The notes beneath the pieces are model-generated. The model saw only the letters and a list, made by a program, of their open reading frames with translations. It searched no databases and was not told the DNA's origin. Below, piece by piece: positions 52,908-64,000 of a stretch of DNA of 64,000 bases. A program made the position numbers and the translations under genes. Origin of the DNA: Phoronis australis (taxonomy: Eukaryota; Animalia; Phoronida); NCBI GenBank assembly GCA_002633005.1, contig NMRA01000464.1, forward strand, positions 124,001-188,000. The letters run 5' to 3'. Numbering within the stretch: the first letter of the stretch is position 1; each line of letters opens with the position of its first letter.

Positions 52908-53575
52908 CACAGGCGTCCTCAGCTTCTGATCGTCCCCAATACACTACATATAATACTACAAGGTATGACACTTCGGACTTGAAATTCCACGGGTGCTTCA
53001 CTTCAGCCGTCCATAGCAAACATAAATCTCAATAAATTAGCACAAAACAGGGGTTCAACAAACCATGAAGAATTGTTCTTTCTCCCAATACCATTCACGG
53101 TGTCCTGTTACGGCGACTTCGTAAGAAATTCGCAGTCAAAGAACAAAAACATTCACAAAAAAACCCCACACACGTTCTCCCTAGGCCCGTCGAGGTCAAG
53201 GACGGTACGGAAATTGCCGCTTTGTCGCGTAAAGTCACGATGTCGCTACTTCCGTAACTCACCGGCAATTTCCGTAACCGTCCTTGACCTCGACGGGCCT
53301 AGGGAGAACGTGTGTGGGGGCTTTTTGTGAACATTTTTGTTCTTTGACTGCGAATTTCTTACGAAGTCGCCGTAACAGGACACCGTGAATGGTATTGGGA
53401 GAAAGAACAATTCTTCATGGTTTGTTGAACCCCTGTTTTGTGCAAATTTATTGAGTTTTATGTTTGCTATGGACGGCTGAAGTGAAGCACCCGTGGAATT
53501 TCAAGTCCGAAGTGTCATACCTTGTAGTATTATATGTAGTGTATTGGGGACGATCAGAAGCTGAGGACGCCTGTG
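52908..53575. mobile_element. Fold-back MITE, ~312-bp near-perfect arms, 43-nt spacer, 8-bp TSD (P-element/hAT-type)
   Basis: CACAGGCGTCCTCAGC...GCTGAGGACGCCTGTG, with exact TSD GGCATAGG at 52900-52907 and 53576-53583. Arms span 52908-53219 and 53263-53575. Confidence 0.93.
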
Positions 53576-53989
53576 GGCATAGGCATGGGTGTAATTGTCA
53601 GCTGATCAGGAAGTCATTCTTGCTGGAATTGGTAATAGTAAGCCCGGGGTGTTAGGTTAACCAGCTCCGAAGAGGCGATCTGTGAGACCAAAACACCAAC
53701 AGTCATTGCTATATTAAGTAGATCTGCTGATCAGTGCAAAGTGTGAACTAGCCCACAAGCCACAGCACATGCCATGGCATGATGACTGAGAGTGAGTCTG
53801 TCAGTAGACAGTAGCTATCGCACGCTCATGCATAGCATTATGCAGACAGTGGAGGGTAGTTCATCAGCCGCTCGGCCTTACGATATTTAATGCTGAGTAG
53901 CAGGTTAAAGGTGCCTAATTGCTCGACCAATCATAGATTAGTTTTTGTAATCAAATAGATGGCAATGCCGTTCAGTACCGACAAATAAA

Positions 53990-54210
53990 AATATAAAATA
54001 GTAAAACTAGTAAAACTAAAATGACGAGCGTTGGTACTAAAATATATTATAATATCCCCACGTATCAAGCGATGCGCTCTTTGTCAAGGGTGTGCTACAG
54101 ACTGCTGAGTACATGTTCTTGACAAAGAGCGCATCGCTTCAGTGATACGTGGGGATATTTTAATATATTTTAGTACCGACGCTCGTAATTTTAGTTTTAC
54201 TATTTTATAT
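53990..54210. repeat. Inverted repeat, ~85-bp arms with 29-nt spacer
   Basis: GTAAAACTAAAATGACGAGCG...GCGCTCTTTGTCAAG / CTTGACAAAGAGCGC...CGCTCGTAATTTTAGTTTTAC. Confidence 0.85.
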
Positions 54211-55286
54211 TAGTTTTTGTAACACTCGATTGGCGGAAGATTTCGAGTCACAGAGGATATGATACGTGGTACCTAGCCCTATTACACCACTCCAGCATTA
54301 CATCAGTTAGCAGATATTGCGTATTAGCCAAAGTCATGGCCACAAAACCATAGGAAACTTAAGACGCCAGCGCATTCTATATTTCTAATCATTTCTAGTA
54401 TAGACCGCTGGGTGCAGAGATCATGACACTGAAATTTCATTACCTGTTTTCGCACTCTTTGTTTATGAGCATAATTAGAAATCTCTTCAGAAACCTCTGT
54501 GTTTACTTGAACCCTCCCCTAAAAAAATTGACCCGCCCTTGCAGGACTGACAAGACCGTGCATCAGACAACTGATGATTTTTAACATTAAAAATTAAAGC
54601 AAAAAAGAGAATTACAATAATAATCATACCAAAACAACAGTTTCAATAGCATGATCGGGTAAGGTGTTCAAGATGATAAATCTCAAAAATGTCGTTACAG
54701 TTTTCTAATTCAGCTATCATTTATTTTAATTAAGTAACTTTTGAGTTGTTTTTTGTTAAAAATCATAAAAGATCTATTATTGACAAACCCTCATGCAAAA
54801 GTGGAGCATTTCATTCTGGGGTTCTGCTATTCATCGGAGGCCGGGGAATTAAAACAATTATCTTCTTTACTAGGACCACCATTTGTTAGCTGTATACACA
54901 GTCCAACTGGGACAGTTGTGTGAGTAAGAGAAGGGTCCACAAACAACTGCTTTCACTGACCTAGCTTGCATGTCAAGTTCAAAATGGCCTGTTGTGTGTG
55001 AAGGCACCCATGATTTACAACTGTCCCCAATATTCTGGAGCTACAAATCAAATTGTTAAAAAGTTACTTATATGCTATTTGGAAAATAGCTCCTAATGCT
55101 TAGTATATTGTGAAAGTTTCATATGGAACTGATAAGCCCATTCTGAAAAACGATGTTCTGAATTTAGCCAAATTTGGATATTTTTCTACTGACTCCTACA
55201 TACCTTTATGGGTTGGTATTAAGTTCTGATATGCACTTCTTGTCTTTTCTTGATTTTCAGGGAATTGAAAGTTTCTGCTATTTCAG

Positions 55287-55446
55287 ATGGAGGACAGCAT
55301 TATGTTTGAAGGAGATGGAACTGTTCATGTCGCTGCCTCCAAAGGCAGGCTAGGCGAACTTGAAAAGCTAATGAAGCAAAGTCAAGGTCTTGAACTTGAG
55401 ACAAAGAACTATTTGGGCTGTACTCCATTGCGCTGTGCTGCAACTG
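55287..55446 (+). CDS. Ankyrin repeat and SOCS box protein (ASB1/ASB12-like), coding exon 1
   Basis: ATG at 55287 follows pyrimidine-rich AG acceptors (55259-60 and 55285-86). Translates MEDSIMFEGDGTVHVAASKGRLGELEKLMKQSQGLELETKNYLGCTPLRCAAT, which is ankyrin-like. GT donor at 55447, phase 1. Confidence 0.85.
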
Positions 55447-55605
55447 GTAATTAATGGTTCTTGGTGTGCGTAGAGAAAACAATTCCTAAATCTAGCTGCC
55501 TTAGGCAGTCATGTCTTCCACGACTGAAAAGAGCCCCTGTAACAAGGAGTCAAATTGGTAGTATTGGGTCAGTTTGCACCAGATTAATTCTTTACTCAAT
55601 GTTAT

Positions 55606-55892
55606 TACGATTCTCCAATTTGGGACAGTGAAAATTAATTATTTTGCTCAAGGTCAGAGCTTGTCCCAAATTCTAGAAATTGGCAATACTGGCCACCCCA
55701 AAGTCAGGAATCACCTGAAAGATGGCAAAATTACACACACTCTGTAGATATAAAAAAAACTGTGGGAAATTTGAGAAAAAAGGTGAAAGCCAAAATCGCC
55801 CTTATCCCAAATTCCAGAATCTAGGAAATTCAATTTTTGCTAGAGGTTCGGTGTCCCAAATTCTAGAGACTGTCCAAATTGGAGAATTGTTA
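55606..55892. mobile_element. MITE in an ASB intron; related copy at ~660-990
   Basis: TIR ATTCTCCAATTTGGGACAGT / ACTGTCCAAATTGGAGAAT with internal GTCCCAAATT repeats. AATTATTTTGCTCAA.GTCAGAGCTTGT.CCAAATT is shared with 684-720. Confidence 0.65.
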
Positions 55893-56569
55893 CCATAATT
55901 CTCAAGGGGAAAATGCTCAAAAGTTAGGACGTAGGAGGTTGTATACATGATTTTGTGTCTCCCTATAACAATACAACTGGTGTTCAATAAATAAATCTGG
56001 CCATGAGATCTCATACTCTAATAAATAACTCAAGTAGACTGTTAAGATACAAGGTGGAAAATTTTTTTGTGCACTAACTTACATGTATGTAATATGAGTC
56101 CATAGTTGGTGTAACTCTGACATAACTTTTACTTTCACCTGACTGCATCACTCCTATAAAGATGAAGCTGTTTTTTCATTGACACTTTCTTCTCTTTTGC
56201 CAGATGATGCTCTTATGCAAGCATGAAACACTGTGTCTGTAATGTGTTTTTTAAATATGTAGTTTTTGGTAGCTGCACTGGTTGTCAGATTTTTAATAAT
56301 GCTTTAACCATGAACTAATATTACGAAAGTTGTCACTAAACACCGATGATATGGTTACCAAAGCTAGCCACTTGGAGAAGGAGGTGTGAGCGCTTGTGCT
56401 CTATACTTATGATTTTTACAGTATTTCTGCTCAATATATGCTCAACTACATACTTTAACACGAAAGGTTCAAAATATGAATGTTCACTTCTGCTGGTAAT
56501 TAGAACTACCATAAAACTTGGTATAAGTTTGTTATTTCATTCAGTCACTTTTTCTTTAACATTTTACAG

Positions 56570-56790
56570 CAGGTCACCTAGACTGTATACAATTCTTGCT
56601 TGGTCTGGGAGCTGATGTGAACGCTGTCGATAGAAAGGGACAGACGCCTTTATTGGTAGCAGTGATGAATGGCCACCGTAAATGTGTTGAGTGTCTTCTA
56701 GAACATGGAGCTGATCCTGATGGCTCTGAGCTTTGCCTCTGTTCACCAGTTTTTGTGGCAGCCAGTGATGGTAGACATGACATTTTAGAG
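56570..56790 (+). CDS. ASB1/ASB12-like, coding exon 2 (ankyrin repeats)
   Basis: Acceptor ttttacag at 56569. In-phase translation AGHLDCIQFLLGLGADVNAVDRKGQTPLLVAVMNGHRKCVECLLEHGADPDGSELCLCSPVFVAASDGRHDILE resembles the ASB1/ASB12 ankyrin stack from memory. Donor GAG|gtacga at 56791. Confidence 0.92.
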
Positions 56791-57551
56791 GTACGAAAAA
56801 GAGTTTGCCTGGTAAGGAATGTGTGGTGTTATTATTTATAGGCCTACTCCGTTCACTTGTTGCAATAAACAGACAAATGAAGAGAAGCCATTACCAATAA
56901 GGTACACAAAGTAATCTTTGATATTATTCAGGCATTAAAAACACTCCTTTTTTAATTACGAAATCCTCAAAATTAGTTTTAATATTATTATCATTGCATA
57001 TTTTAATAAGAGTTCTTGTGCAAAAGATGTTCCCATTTTTAACACGATATCTCTTTTTTGTGAAGTTTCAGGCTTATTTGTTTAAGAGTTAATGCTTACA
57101 AAAGTGTGTCTTATTCATTCATGCGAGTTTTCTACAAATGAGTTACTTTTTCTAGTCCATGCAGGCTCAAGATGGCTAGGTATGTATCGAGGATAATGAG
57201 GAGCGTACCCAGCATCATTGTTGCAAAAATAATTTCATTGACACACTGTGATTGCTTACCTTGAGTCATTAGGCCTAACTGGAACCAAAAACGGTCAAAA
57301 AAGCTAATAGAGCCCACAGGTCCTTCAGATTGGCCAGTATAGCCTTGAGGCCATGTGACTGGGTCGTTTCCCTCGTGCCCTCATTTTTTTTAAAATGATC
57401 CCTGATGTATCCTAATTTTCTAAACGCAAAATTCCATCAAAAATATAGTAAAGTATGCACATGTATTGTTAAATTCTTGTCTTAATTAGTAAAGTTCAGT
57501 AGCAGCCCTTCGTTAACACAAACTTTGTTAAAAAAATTTTTATTTGAAAGC

Positions 57552-57752
57552 TTGATACTGTCGCTGGTAGTGTCGAAACAATCTCTTTTCTTCAGAGAAA
57601 TAAACAGTAAAATGCACGTGACAGTGGGAAGAGGGGCATACAAGCAGCTCTTTTTTAATTTGTTTGTTTGTTATGCCTCTTGTTGTTCTTCAACATAGCT
57701 GCACACCTGAAGAAAGGAGATTGTTTCAACACTACGAGTGACACTGTATCAA
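57552..57752. repeat. Inverted repeat, ~45-bp arms, in an ASB intron
   Basis: TTGATACTGTCGCTGGTAGTGTCGAAACAATCTCTTTTCTTCAG / CTGAAGAAAGGAGATTGTTTCAACACTACGAGTGACACTGTATCAA. Confidence 0.8.
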
Positions 57753-57811
57753 ACAACAAGTTAAGTCGTGTTTTCAAGGAAGGTTGTCTTAATTGAGAAT
57801 TTATATTTTAG

Positions 57812-58133
57812 CTCCTCGTTGCTTCAGGAGCCAATGTCAACAAGCCACAAATCATTGTTGGGAATCTAGTCACAAACCCACTGTTTGCTGCTGTTAAGGA
57901 TTATCCAAGGTGTGCAAGGTTGCTGCTGAGTTATGGTGCAGACCCAAGCTATGAGAATATTCGTAGACAACAGAATGGGCTTCCATTACTGAGGCCCAGA
58001 ATACCTTGTCAAGGGAAGCTTGTAGACCCTGTATTGCTCCAAATGTTGTACAACGCTGGCTTGAGTGACAATGTGTTCTTCGGTAATTCAAAGGAGGTGC
58101 ATGGAAGTGCTGTAGTTTTGAATCTGTTGTATG
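57812..58133 (+). CDS. ASB1/ASB12-like, coding exon 3
   Basis: Acceptor tatattttag at 57811. Phase-0 translation LLVASGANVNKPQ...NPLFAAVKDYPRCARLLLSYGADPSY...VLNLLY is in frame with track ORF 57920-58198. Donor G|gtaagc at 58134, phase 1. Confidence 0.85.
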
Positions 58134-58720
58134 GTAAGCTATTTGACTATGTTTTTAGTATTATTGGACTAAAAATAGAATTTTCTTGTTATTCTTAATG
58201 CATTTCTATGGTAATTATTGTTTTCTGGCCTCAAGGTTATGTCCAATTTGGCTACCTTCGAAATATCAGCCATCTCATGCCGTTTTGTCTGTATTCCAGA
58301 CAGTACCATTTTCAGACGCCCGATATCAATCTTTTTTTGTTAATCACCAAGCTCAGTCTTTTGTGCGATGTCACAAAGTAAATGCCATTTATCCACCACG
58401 CTGAGTACGGAATATGTTAATTTAAACATGCATTGACTCATAAGTTGTCAAGACATAAAAACACATCGAAGCGTTTTGCCTAATTTTTATCCTCTTCCAC
58501 GAAAGAAGGATTCTACACTAACTTTTCACACGGAATTCAGGTTTAGACGCCAAACCCCTAAAAAAATTACCAGATTCTGTCCTTAACATTTCAATTTATT
58601 TCAGCCAGTATTAAATTGCCAGACTCAGCTAATGCGATCATTACCCTGTACAACACAACAGGAGCTATCATTAACTGTGATATCGAGGACTAACAGCAAT
58701 AGCAGTTGATGTAGAGAAGA

Positions 58721-58888
58721 ATTGTCCAACTACAGGATACCACTGCACATTGTCCAACTACAAGATACCACTGCACATTGTCCAACTACAAGATACCACT
58801 GCACATTGTCCAACTACAAGATACCACTGCACATTGTCCAACTACAAGATACCACTGCACATTGTCCAACTAAAAGATTCCACTGCAC
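58721..58888. repeat. 28-bp minisatellite, 6 copies, in an ASB intron
   Basis: Unit ATTGTCCAACTACAAGATACCACTGCAC, with four identical central copies and no spacers. Confidence 0.95.
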
Positions 58889-60326
58889 AACAATTCCCAC
58901 ATGACCTTAAGTACATGTTGTGTCTGCACCTTGTTTTCCTTTGGTGCAGTCTCTCACAAATGCGTCAGAAGTGCAAAATATGATCTCCCTGAAACGGAAC
59001 AAATTGCAGAAAAGTGGCCTTCATTCTTTTTTGTGGTGGAGTTTAAGCGTAATCATCTTGAGGCTTCAGAGGCTATAATACAGGTTAACCCTTTTTTATG
59101 CCGACCATAGTAGTGTTCCAAAAAACTGCAGCACTGTCGACAGCAACAACAGCAGTGGCGCACGAGCGTCCTACCCATTTCTGTCACAGCTCATCCTGTT
59201 CCAGTTGCCGCCAAATTTGCCAAAATCCCTCACCATAGTATACTGAATACCACATATGGAGAACAACGTTAAGAACAATTCATTGGCAATGAAAACCACA
59301 GTGCTTAAAGAAAAGTAGCACCATAGCATGAAAATGGGAGCTGTTGACATGTATGGACCAACTTTCAACCGTGTGGTTGTGACATCAATCACTGTGCTTG
59401 GATGCAGTTATTTTTGGGTGCAGTTATTTGAGTACTCGTTGTTTGACTGTGCATTTCTAAAATCGCCCTTTTTACTGACACAGATTCAATTTATCCTTTT
59501 TCTGTCTCTCTTCTCCACATCCATAATTTATTAGGACCAGAAGAGCGCTTCACACTAAAATATCTCCAATGTAACTGCTAATACATGTTTTGGTTCAAGT
59601 ATAACCCGAAGATCTTGATGTTGGACCGCAAGCTCAGTTCTTGTCAGCGACAGCTCGATAATTGGTTTTTACCTTACATGTGATACACTCGTGGGTGAAG
59701 CCAGAGAAGCTTGCGTTGCCTAGCACATACGACATTCAATGAATAGTGTGTGGGTTGCTGGTGCATTTGTGAGCCTTATTTGCCCAATGTAGATTTTGAA
59801 ACAATCGGCATAACATTCAATGTGCAATGCATTTTTCTAACAGCAGAACTGATTTTATGTTGTTTGTTGGTCTGGCCCTAGTGAAGATCTTGTAGGGCTC
59901 GACATAAGGGAATAAACTTTCGAGAATACGAGTGTAGAATAGAAGAAAATTGGCCCCACTCCTACGGGTGGTCGACATGTGACTTCTTTGGTTGCCAGTT
60001 TTTACTAGGTCTAATTCGGAAACACAAATGCATATACGCCATCATTTGTATTTGTGAGTGAACATTGCCGCTTGTGTAGAGCACCATCTTGTAGTCTGGA
60101 CGGTCATTGTACAGGATTCATTGACATATCCTACTACAGTAAATGTGAATGATCAACTATAGGGATTCCAGAAAGTCTTGCTGCAGGACCTTTACAGTAA
60201 GTTCGTTGTAACCAAAGTTTGCTGTACTTAAATCTAATTGTATACACTACAGTTGGTTTGTGACTTGTGTAATGGAATGTTATAAGCGACTATAATATTT
60301 GGAAAACATTCATCTTGCCATTTTAG

Positions 60327-60469
60327 CGAAGCCAAAGTCTCTGCAAAGTATGTGCCGCAACGTGATTCGACGCAAGTTAGGTAGCAAGCTCTTACAAGCC
60401 AAGATCACACAGCTACCAATTCCAAGTACACTACAGGACTTTCTGCTGTTCCATGCATCCAATGTATGA
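60327..60469 (+). CDS. ASB1/ASB12-like, last coding exon (SOCS box)
   Basis: Acceptor cattttag at 60326. Translation AKPKSLQSMCRNVIRRKLGSKLLQAKITQLPIPSTLQDFLLFHASNV* matches the SOCS-box pattern (BC box PxSLQxxCRxxIR; Cul5 box LPxP). The four exons total 846 nt, i.e. 281 aa plus stop, with consistent phases. Confidence 0.9.
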
Positions 60470-60919
60470 CACCATCTGTTTGGGGATTTCATTTGCTGTA
60501 CACCCAGTTTGTACACAGTACAGCGGATGGGCGAGCACCAAGTTTATGCAGATCTCTAAAGCTTGTGATATTTTCCATTTATCAAATTGATTTTGGTAAT
60601 AAGGATGGAAAGTGATTACGTCACACCTTTAGCTACTGCTCCAAATTGGTGGCCAACAATATCATAGTGGCTTATTCACATTGTGCTAACCAGCAACATT
60701 CAACAAAAGAAACTTATTAAAATCTGAATTTCGTGCCACATCTGTTAACCAAACAGATTAATTTATTACCTAGTGTTTTCAAAGAAATCACTGGTAATTT
60801 TCCAGATCCAGCTTTTGTCCCAATGCAACTTCAAATAGAAGGGACAAGAATTTAGGAATCTCCAAGACTATCCCTGTACGGCGACGTCACACTTTCCATC
60901 TCTATTGCTCATTACAATT

Positions 60920-61065
60920 ATTGAATAAATCCAGGGACTATCCTGCTTTCAATCTAAGCTCTATAAGTATTTCCTGTGCAATAAATTTGAAGTTTAATTT
61001 AACCATTGTCCGTTTTCCAAAATGATCAGACAAACACTACTTCAAATATACTTTCATTTATTTTA
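60920..61065. terminator. Candidate polyadenylation signals of the two convergent genes
   Basis: AATAAA on + near 60924 and 60980, and on - (TTTATT) at 61057-61062, between the two stop codons. Confidence 0.4.
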
Positions 61066-62388
61066 GAAATAATAATTATCCATTGCTTGCAATCACTAAC
61101 AAATGATAAATGCCTGCTGAGCAAAATATTCTCCTCAAAGTAAATCTCCAGACAGCATTATTCCAGACTGCATTATTGCAAAAGATCACCTCATCTTTGC
61201 ACCTCTTAATGAAGCTCACCACCATTTTTGAAGCCATCACTTTAGGAAACACACTTCACAGGTGTAAGCAGTTGAACCTTTTGCAGACTCAAAAATTTAC
61301 AATAAAAGCTTAAGGAAATTCCAAGGTAAACATGTTGGCAGAATAACATTCATTCCATCTTCTCCTATGACCTCCCCTAGCCCTGCTATACAACCAAGAC
61401 TACAAGTACATGTGAGCTCAAGTGGCATACCCAGCTTCAGTTCCAGCATAACAACATACGTGCTTCCCTCAAGAATGCTGCGAAATTGGGATATAAGCGT
61501 AAACCCCAATGCTGCAGCTGCCTGTTCAGTTCATTCAGACAGAAACAACATATAAATTCTATTAGTTGAACATACAAACCACCAGCAGATACACAATTGC
61601 CTTCTCGCTTAACTAACCGGTTTATCAGCAAAAATATACCAGTTGCATCACTCTAAAAACTATGTAAAGAGGGCAATGCTGACATGTGGCTATTGTTGGG
61701 CATTGTCTATCAAAAGTTAAAATTCTACCAAGCAATGCTTATTGTTAAGCATAATTTATTTTCAACTATTCAATGTAGTGACTGTACAAGGTGCATACAC
61801 TTGACAGTATTTATTTACAAACTTGGTCTAACCAATATGTACAAAATTGGTCTAGAGGGTGCCTTGGTCACATTGTCTCTACAATATGTACAAGTTAGGG
61901 ACTCGGCGAAAACCCGAGACACAAGTAGAACAGGCAAACTCAACAGAATGGGATCAAGAATACACAAAAATACGGTAAACAAAAGCTGCATGAAAAGAAA
62001 TGCCTGAAGCAAACTGACAACTGCAGGAATGACACATTTTAATGCTTCAGATGACTACTACCAGTGTTTGCTGTGGAGCAAGCACTGCTTGTTATCTTTT
62101 TTACATTTGTAAACATTGTGAAGTCGCATCAGTTGTTGCATCTTTGCTGAACTTGTTCTTGTTCATGCAATCATCTCTTCAGATAATTTGGATTCAGCTT
62201 TTCTCAGATAAAATCTCTTGGATCAAACTCTTGTGTGAATTTCACTACCAAACCTATTCTGGCCCTCTTTACAAAATAACAGAACTTCATTTTACATGAC
62301 AACCCTTAACAGCCCTAGAAAAAGACACTAAGCTTTTTAATAGTGAATGATAAATGACTGATTGCACTGAGCACTTCGTACCAAACAT

Positions 62389-64000
62389 CTAGATGGGTCT
62401 TGTTATCCTGGGCACTAATATTTGACCACCTGGTCCAATGAGGACATGTCCTGCACCACCCAGTCCTGGCAGTCCAAGTCCACCAATACCTGGGATCGTG
62501 GGGATAGCACCTGGGAAACCGGCTGGCATCGGTGCCATAATGGGTGTGCCTGGTGGGAGCTGGGGGTGAGCTAATTGGATACCAGGGGGTAGTCCGGCAA
62601 CAGACATTGGTTGGCCATGAAGACTGGGGTGCAGGATGTGCACTCCACCTGGCTGAGCAATGGGGATATGTCCTGGCAGGCCAGGTAGCCCGGCTAGAGT
62701 CTGCTGCAGACCTGCCGCATGGACTGCACTTGAGGTCTGCGGCAATCCCGTGCCGGGCATCTGGGCGATGATCATGGGTGCTCCAGCTTGTGGCGGGATA
62801 CTTGCTTGAGGCAGTGACATAGGCACCAGACCACTGACACCACTGGGTAGAGAGGTCTGAACCTGGACAGTGCCTTGTGCGATGGCCTGTGATAACAGCG
62901 CATTCTGCTGGGATAGGAGGATCTGCTGAGCATACGAGTTAACCACCTGCTGAGGAACCTCCTCCTGGGGCTCGGCGTTTACCTCATCCGCCTCAAGCAC
63001 AGGGGGCAGTAGGCCAGCATCTCTCAGCTCCTGCTCATGCCTTTGCTGGGCGTGCTGTTGCGCTTGCTCCTGAAGATGGCGATACTGCTCTGTGTCCTGC
63101 GGCTCCAGCACCATAGGCTGGGGGTCGGGCGTCGGCTTTCGCTTTGGTGCCTCCTTGACGGGTGGAGTCTTGGTCTTGGGTGGCGGGTGCTTCACTAGTT
63201 TGCTCGGCAGTGGCGGCGGTGGAGGGGGAGGGCTGCCTGGCCGTAGTGGTCCGATGAAGCCCTTAGGACCTGTCTTGCGAATGCGTGGCGCAGGTGGCCC
63301 CTGAGGTGTAGGGATACTCCCGAGATCGTCTTTTGCAGAATCTGGTGCTGGTTTGCTGGTTCCCATAGGCAAGGGAATAAAATCAACATCACTGGTTCCT
63401 TTGTCATCACCATCTTTTTTCTTCATAAGCGATGGCACCTTGCCAATCATTGACACACCAGGCCCCTTTTCACCAGATACTATAATCCCTGTTTTGCTTG
63501 TCACACTATCAGGGCTGTCTCCATCCTGCTTTCGCTCTTTCACTCTCTTTAACAGTTCCTGAGCAGTTTCGCTTACTTCCTCCTTATTTACATTAAGTGG
63601 CTGCACAAGTTCCTTTGGATCGTATGACTTAAGTTCACGCTCGCCAGTGTTCTTCCTAGCCGGTTTAGGATCCCGCTTCGGCAGCACAGAGCTGAACTCC
63701 TTGTCAGGACTTTCCTTAAGCAGAGGAGACCTGCTGCGCCTATAGTCACGCTCACTGGAACGTCTATATGATCGAGATCGTGAGCGCCGACGTGACCGAC
63801 TGCGTGACCGGTCACTATAGCTGGAGTAGCTGCGGTGGCGTGACCGGCTTCTACTGTAGCTACGCGAGTACGACCGTCGGTGGCGATCATGTGAGTACGA
63901 CCGACTACGTGTGTAGGAACGGCGCGAGCGTCTGTAGGATCTAGAACGCGATCGTGACCTATGTTTATAATCATCGTCATCCGATGAACTGCTATACGAC
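62389..64000 (-). CDS. GPATCH8: Large terminal exon of an RS-rich, Pro/Gln-rich nuclear protein, likely G-patch domain protein 8; 5' part lies outside the window
   Basis: Frame is open from the window edge (63999) to TAG at 62389. It begins SYSSSSDDDDYKHRSRSRSRSYRRSRR... and continues with motifs TAQELLKRVKERK, MIGKVP and EQYRHLQEQAQQHAQQ, which I recall resembling GPATCH8/ZNF804 C-terminal motifs. The G-patch and zinc finger are not visible in the window. Confidence 0.75.
   Translation of the reverse strand, partial: SYSSSSDDDDYKHRSRSRSRSYRRSRRSYTRSRSYSHDRHRRSYSRSYSRSRSRHRSYSSYSDRSRSRSRRRSRSRSYRRSSERDYRRSRSPLLKESPDKEFSSVLPKRDPKPARKNTGERELKSYDPKELVQPLNVNKEEVSETAQELLKRVKERKQDGDSPDSVTSKTGIIVSGEKGPGVSMIGKVPSLMKKKDGDDKGTSDVDFIPLPMGTSKPAPDSAKDDLGSIPTPQGPPAPRIRKTGPKGFIGPLRPGSPPPPPPPLPSKLVKHPPPKTKTPPVKEAPKRKPTPDPQPMVLEPQDTEQYRHLQEQAQQHAQQRHEQELRDAGLLPPVLEADEVNAEPQEEVPQQVVNSYAQQILLSQQNALLSQAIAQGTVQVQTSLPSGVSGLVPMSLPQASIPPQAGAPMIIAQMPGTGLPQTSSAVHAAGLQQTLAGLPGLPGHIPIAQPGGVHILHPSLHGQPMSVAGLPPGIQLAHPQLPPGTPIMAPMPAGFPGAIPTIPGIGGLGLPGLGGAGHVLIGPGGQILVPRITRPI

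Noticed and set aside
52729-53655. Two ORFs with identical N-termini (MLWTAEVKHPW...) on opposite strands
   Set aside because: Artefact of the fold-back MITE arms. The paired ORFs at 33949 and 34413-34733 have the same cause.
58721-58888. 28-bp repeats as a CRISPR array
   Set aside because: Units are directly adjacent with no unique spacers, lie in a eukaryotic intron, and no cas genes are present. The same applies to the 16-, 23-, 26- and 46-bp arrays.
59940-60130. tRNA-derived SINE head
   Set aside because: Only vague A/B-box resemblance, too degenerate to support a call.
62544-63980. Alternative-frame and antisense ORFs over the GPATCH8-like exon
   Set aside because: Shadow ORFs expected from GC-rich, low-complexity coding sequence.

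Overview
AT-rich animal (probably marine invertebrate) nuclear DNA, not prokaryotic; most short ORFs in the supplied track are spurious. Two protein-coding genes are well supported. The first is a 4-coding-exon ankyrin-repeat/SOCS-box gene (ASB1/ASB12-like, + strand, 55287-60469, 281 aa when spliced by hand). The second is the 3' part of an RS-rich, Pro/Gln-rich protein resembling GPATCH8 (- strand, 62389 to beyond 64000), convergent with the first. A probable bidirectional promoter at ~52500-52810 suggests a third, minus-strand gene whose large introns may span the left 52 kb, but this is unresolved. The rest is dominated by mobile-element relics: a decayed Tx1/L1-clade LINE, an L2/Crack 3' end, a pogo transposase fragment, a 2.4-kb TA-flanked TIR element, a TTAA-flanked Kolobok-like element with a THAP remnant, fold-back MITEs with 8- and 9-bp TSDs, and mini/microsatellites. 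The most unusual signals are (i) a miniature LTR retroelement whose LTR carries a tRNA-like Pol III promoter (Helenus-type TRIM, 30209-30621), (ii) Helentron-like elements with ~450-bp higher-order repeats that place a CTCF-consensus-like motif every ~140-165 bp in one orientation, and (iii) short inverted repeats whose arms contain degenerate hammerhead-ribozyme-like cores. All calls were made by eye; no database search was run.
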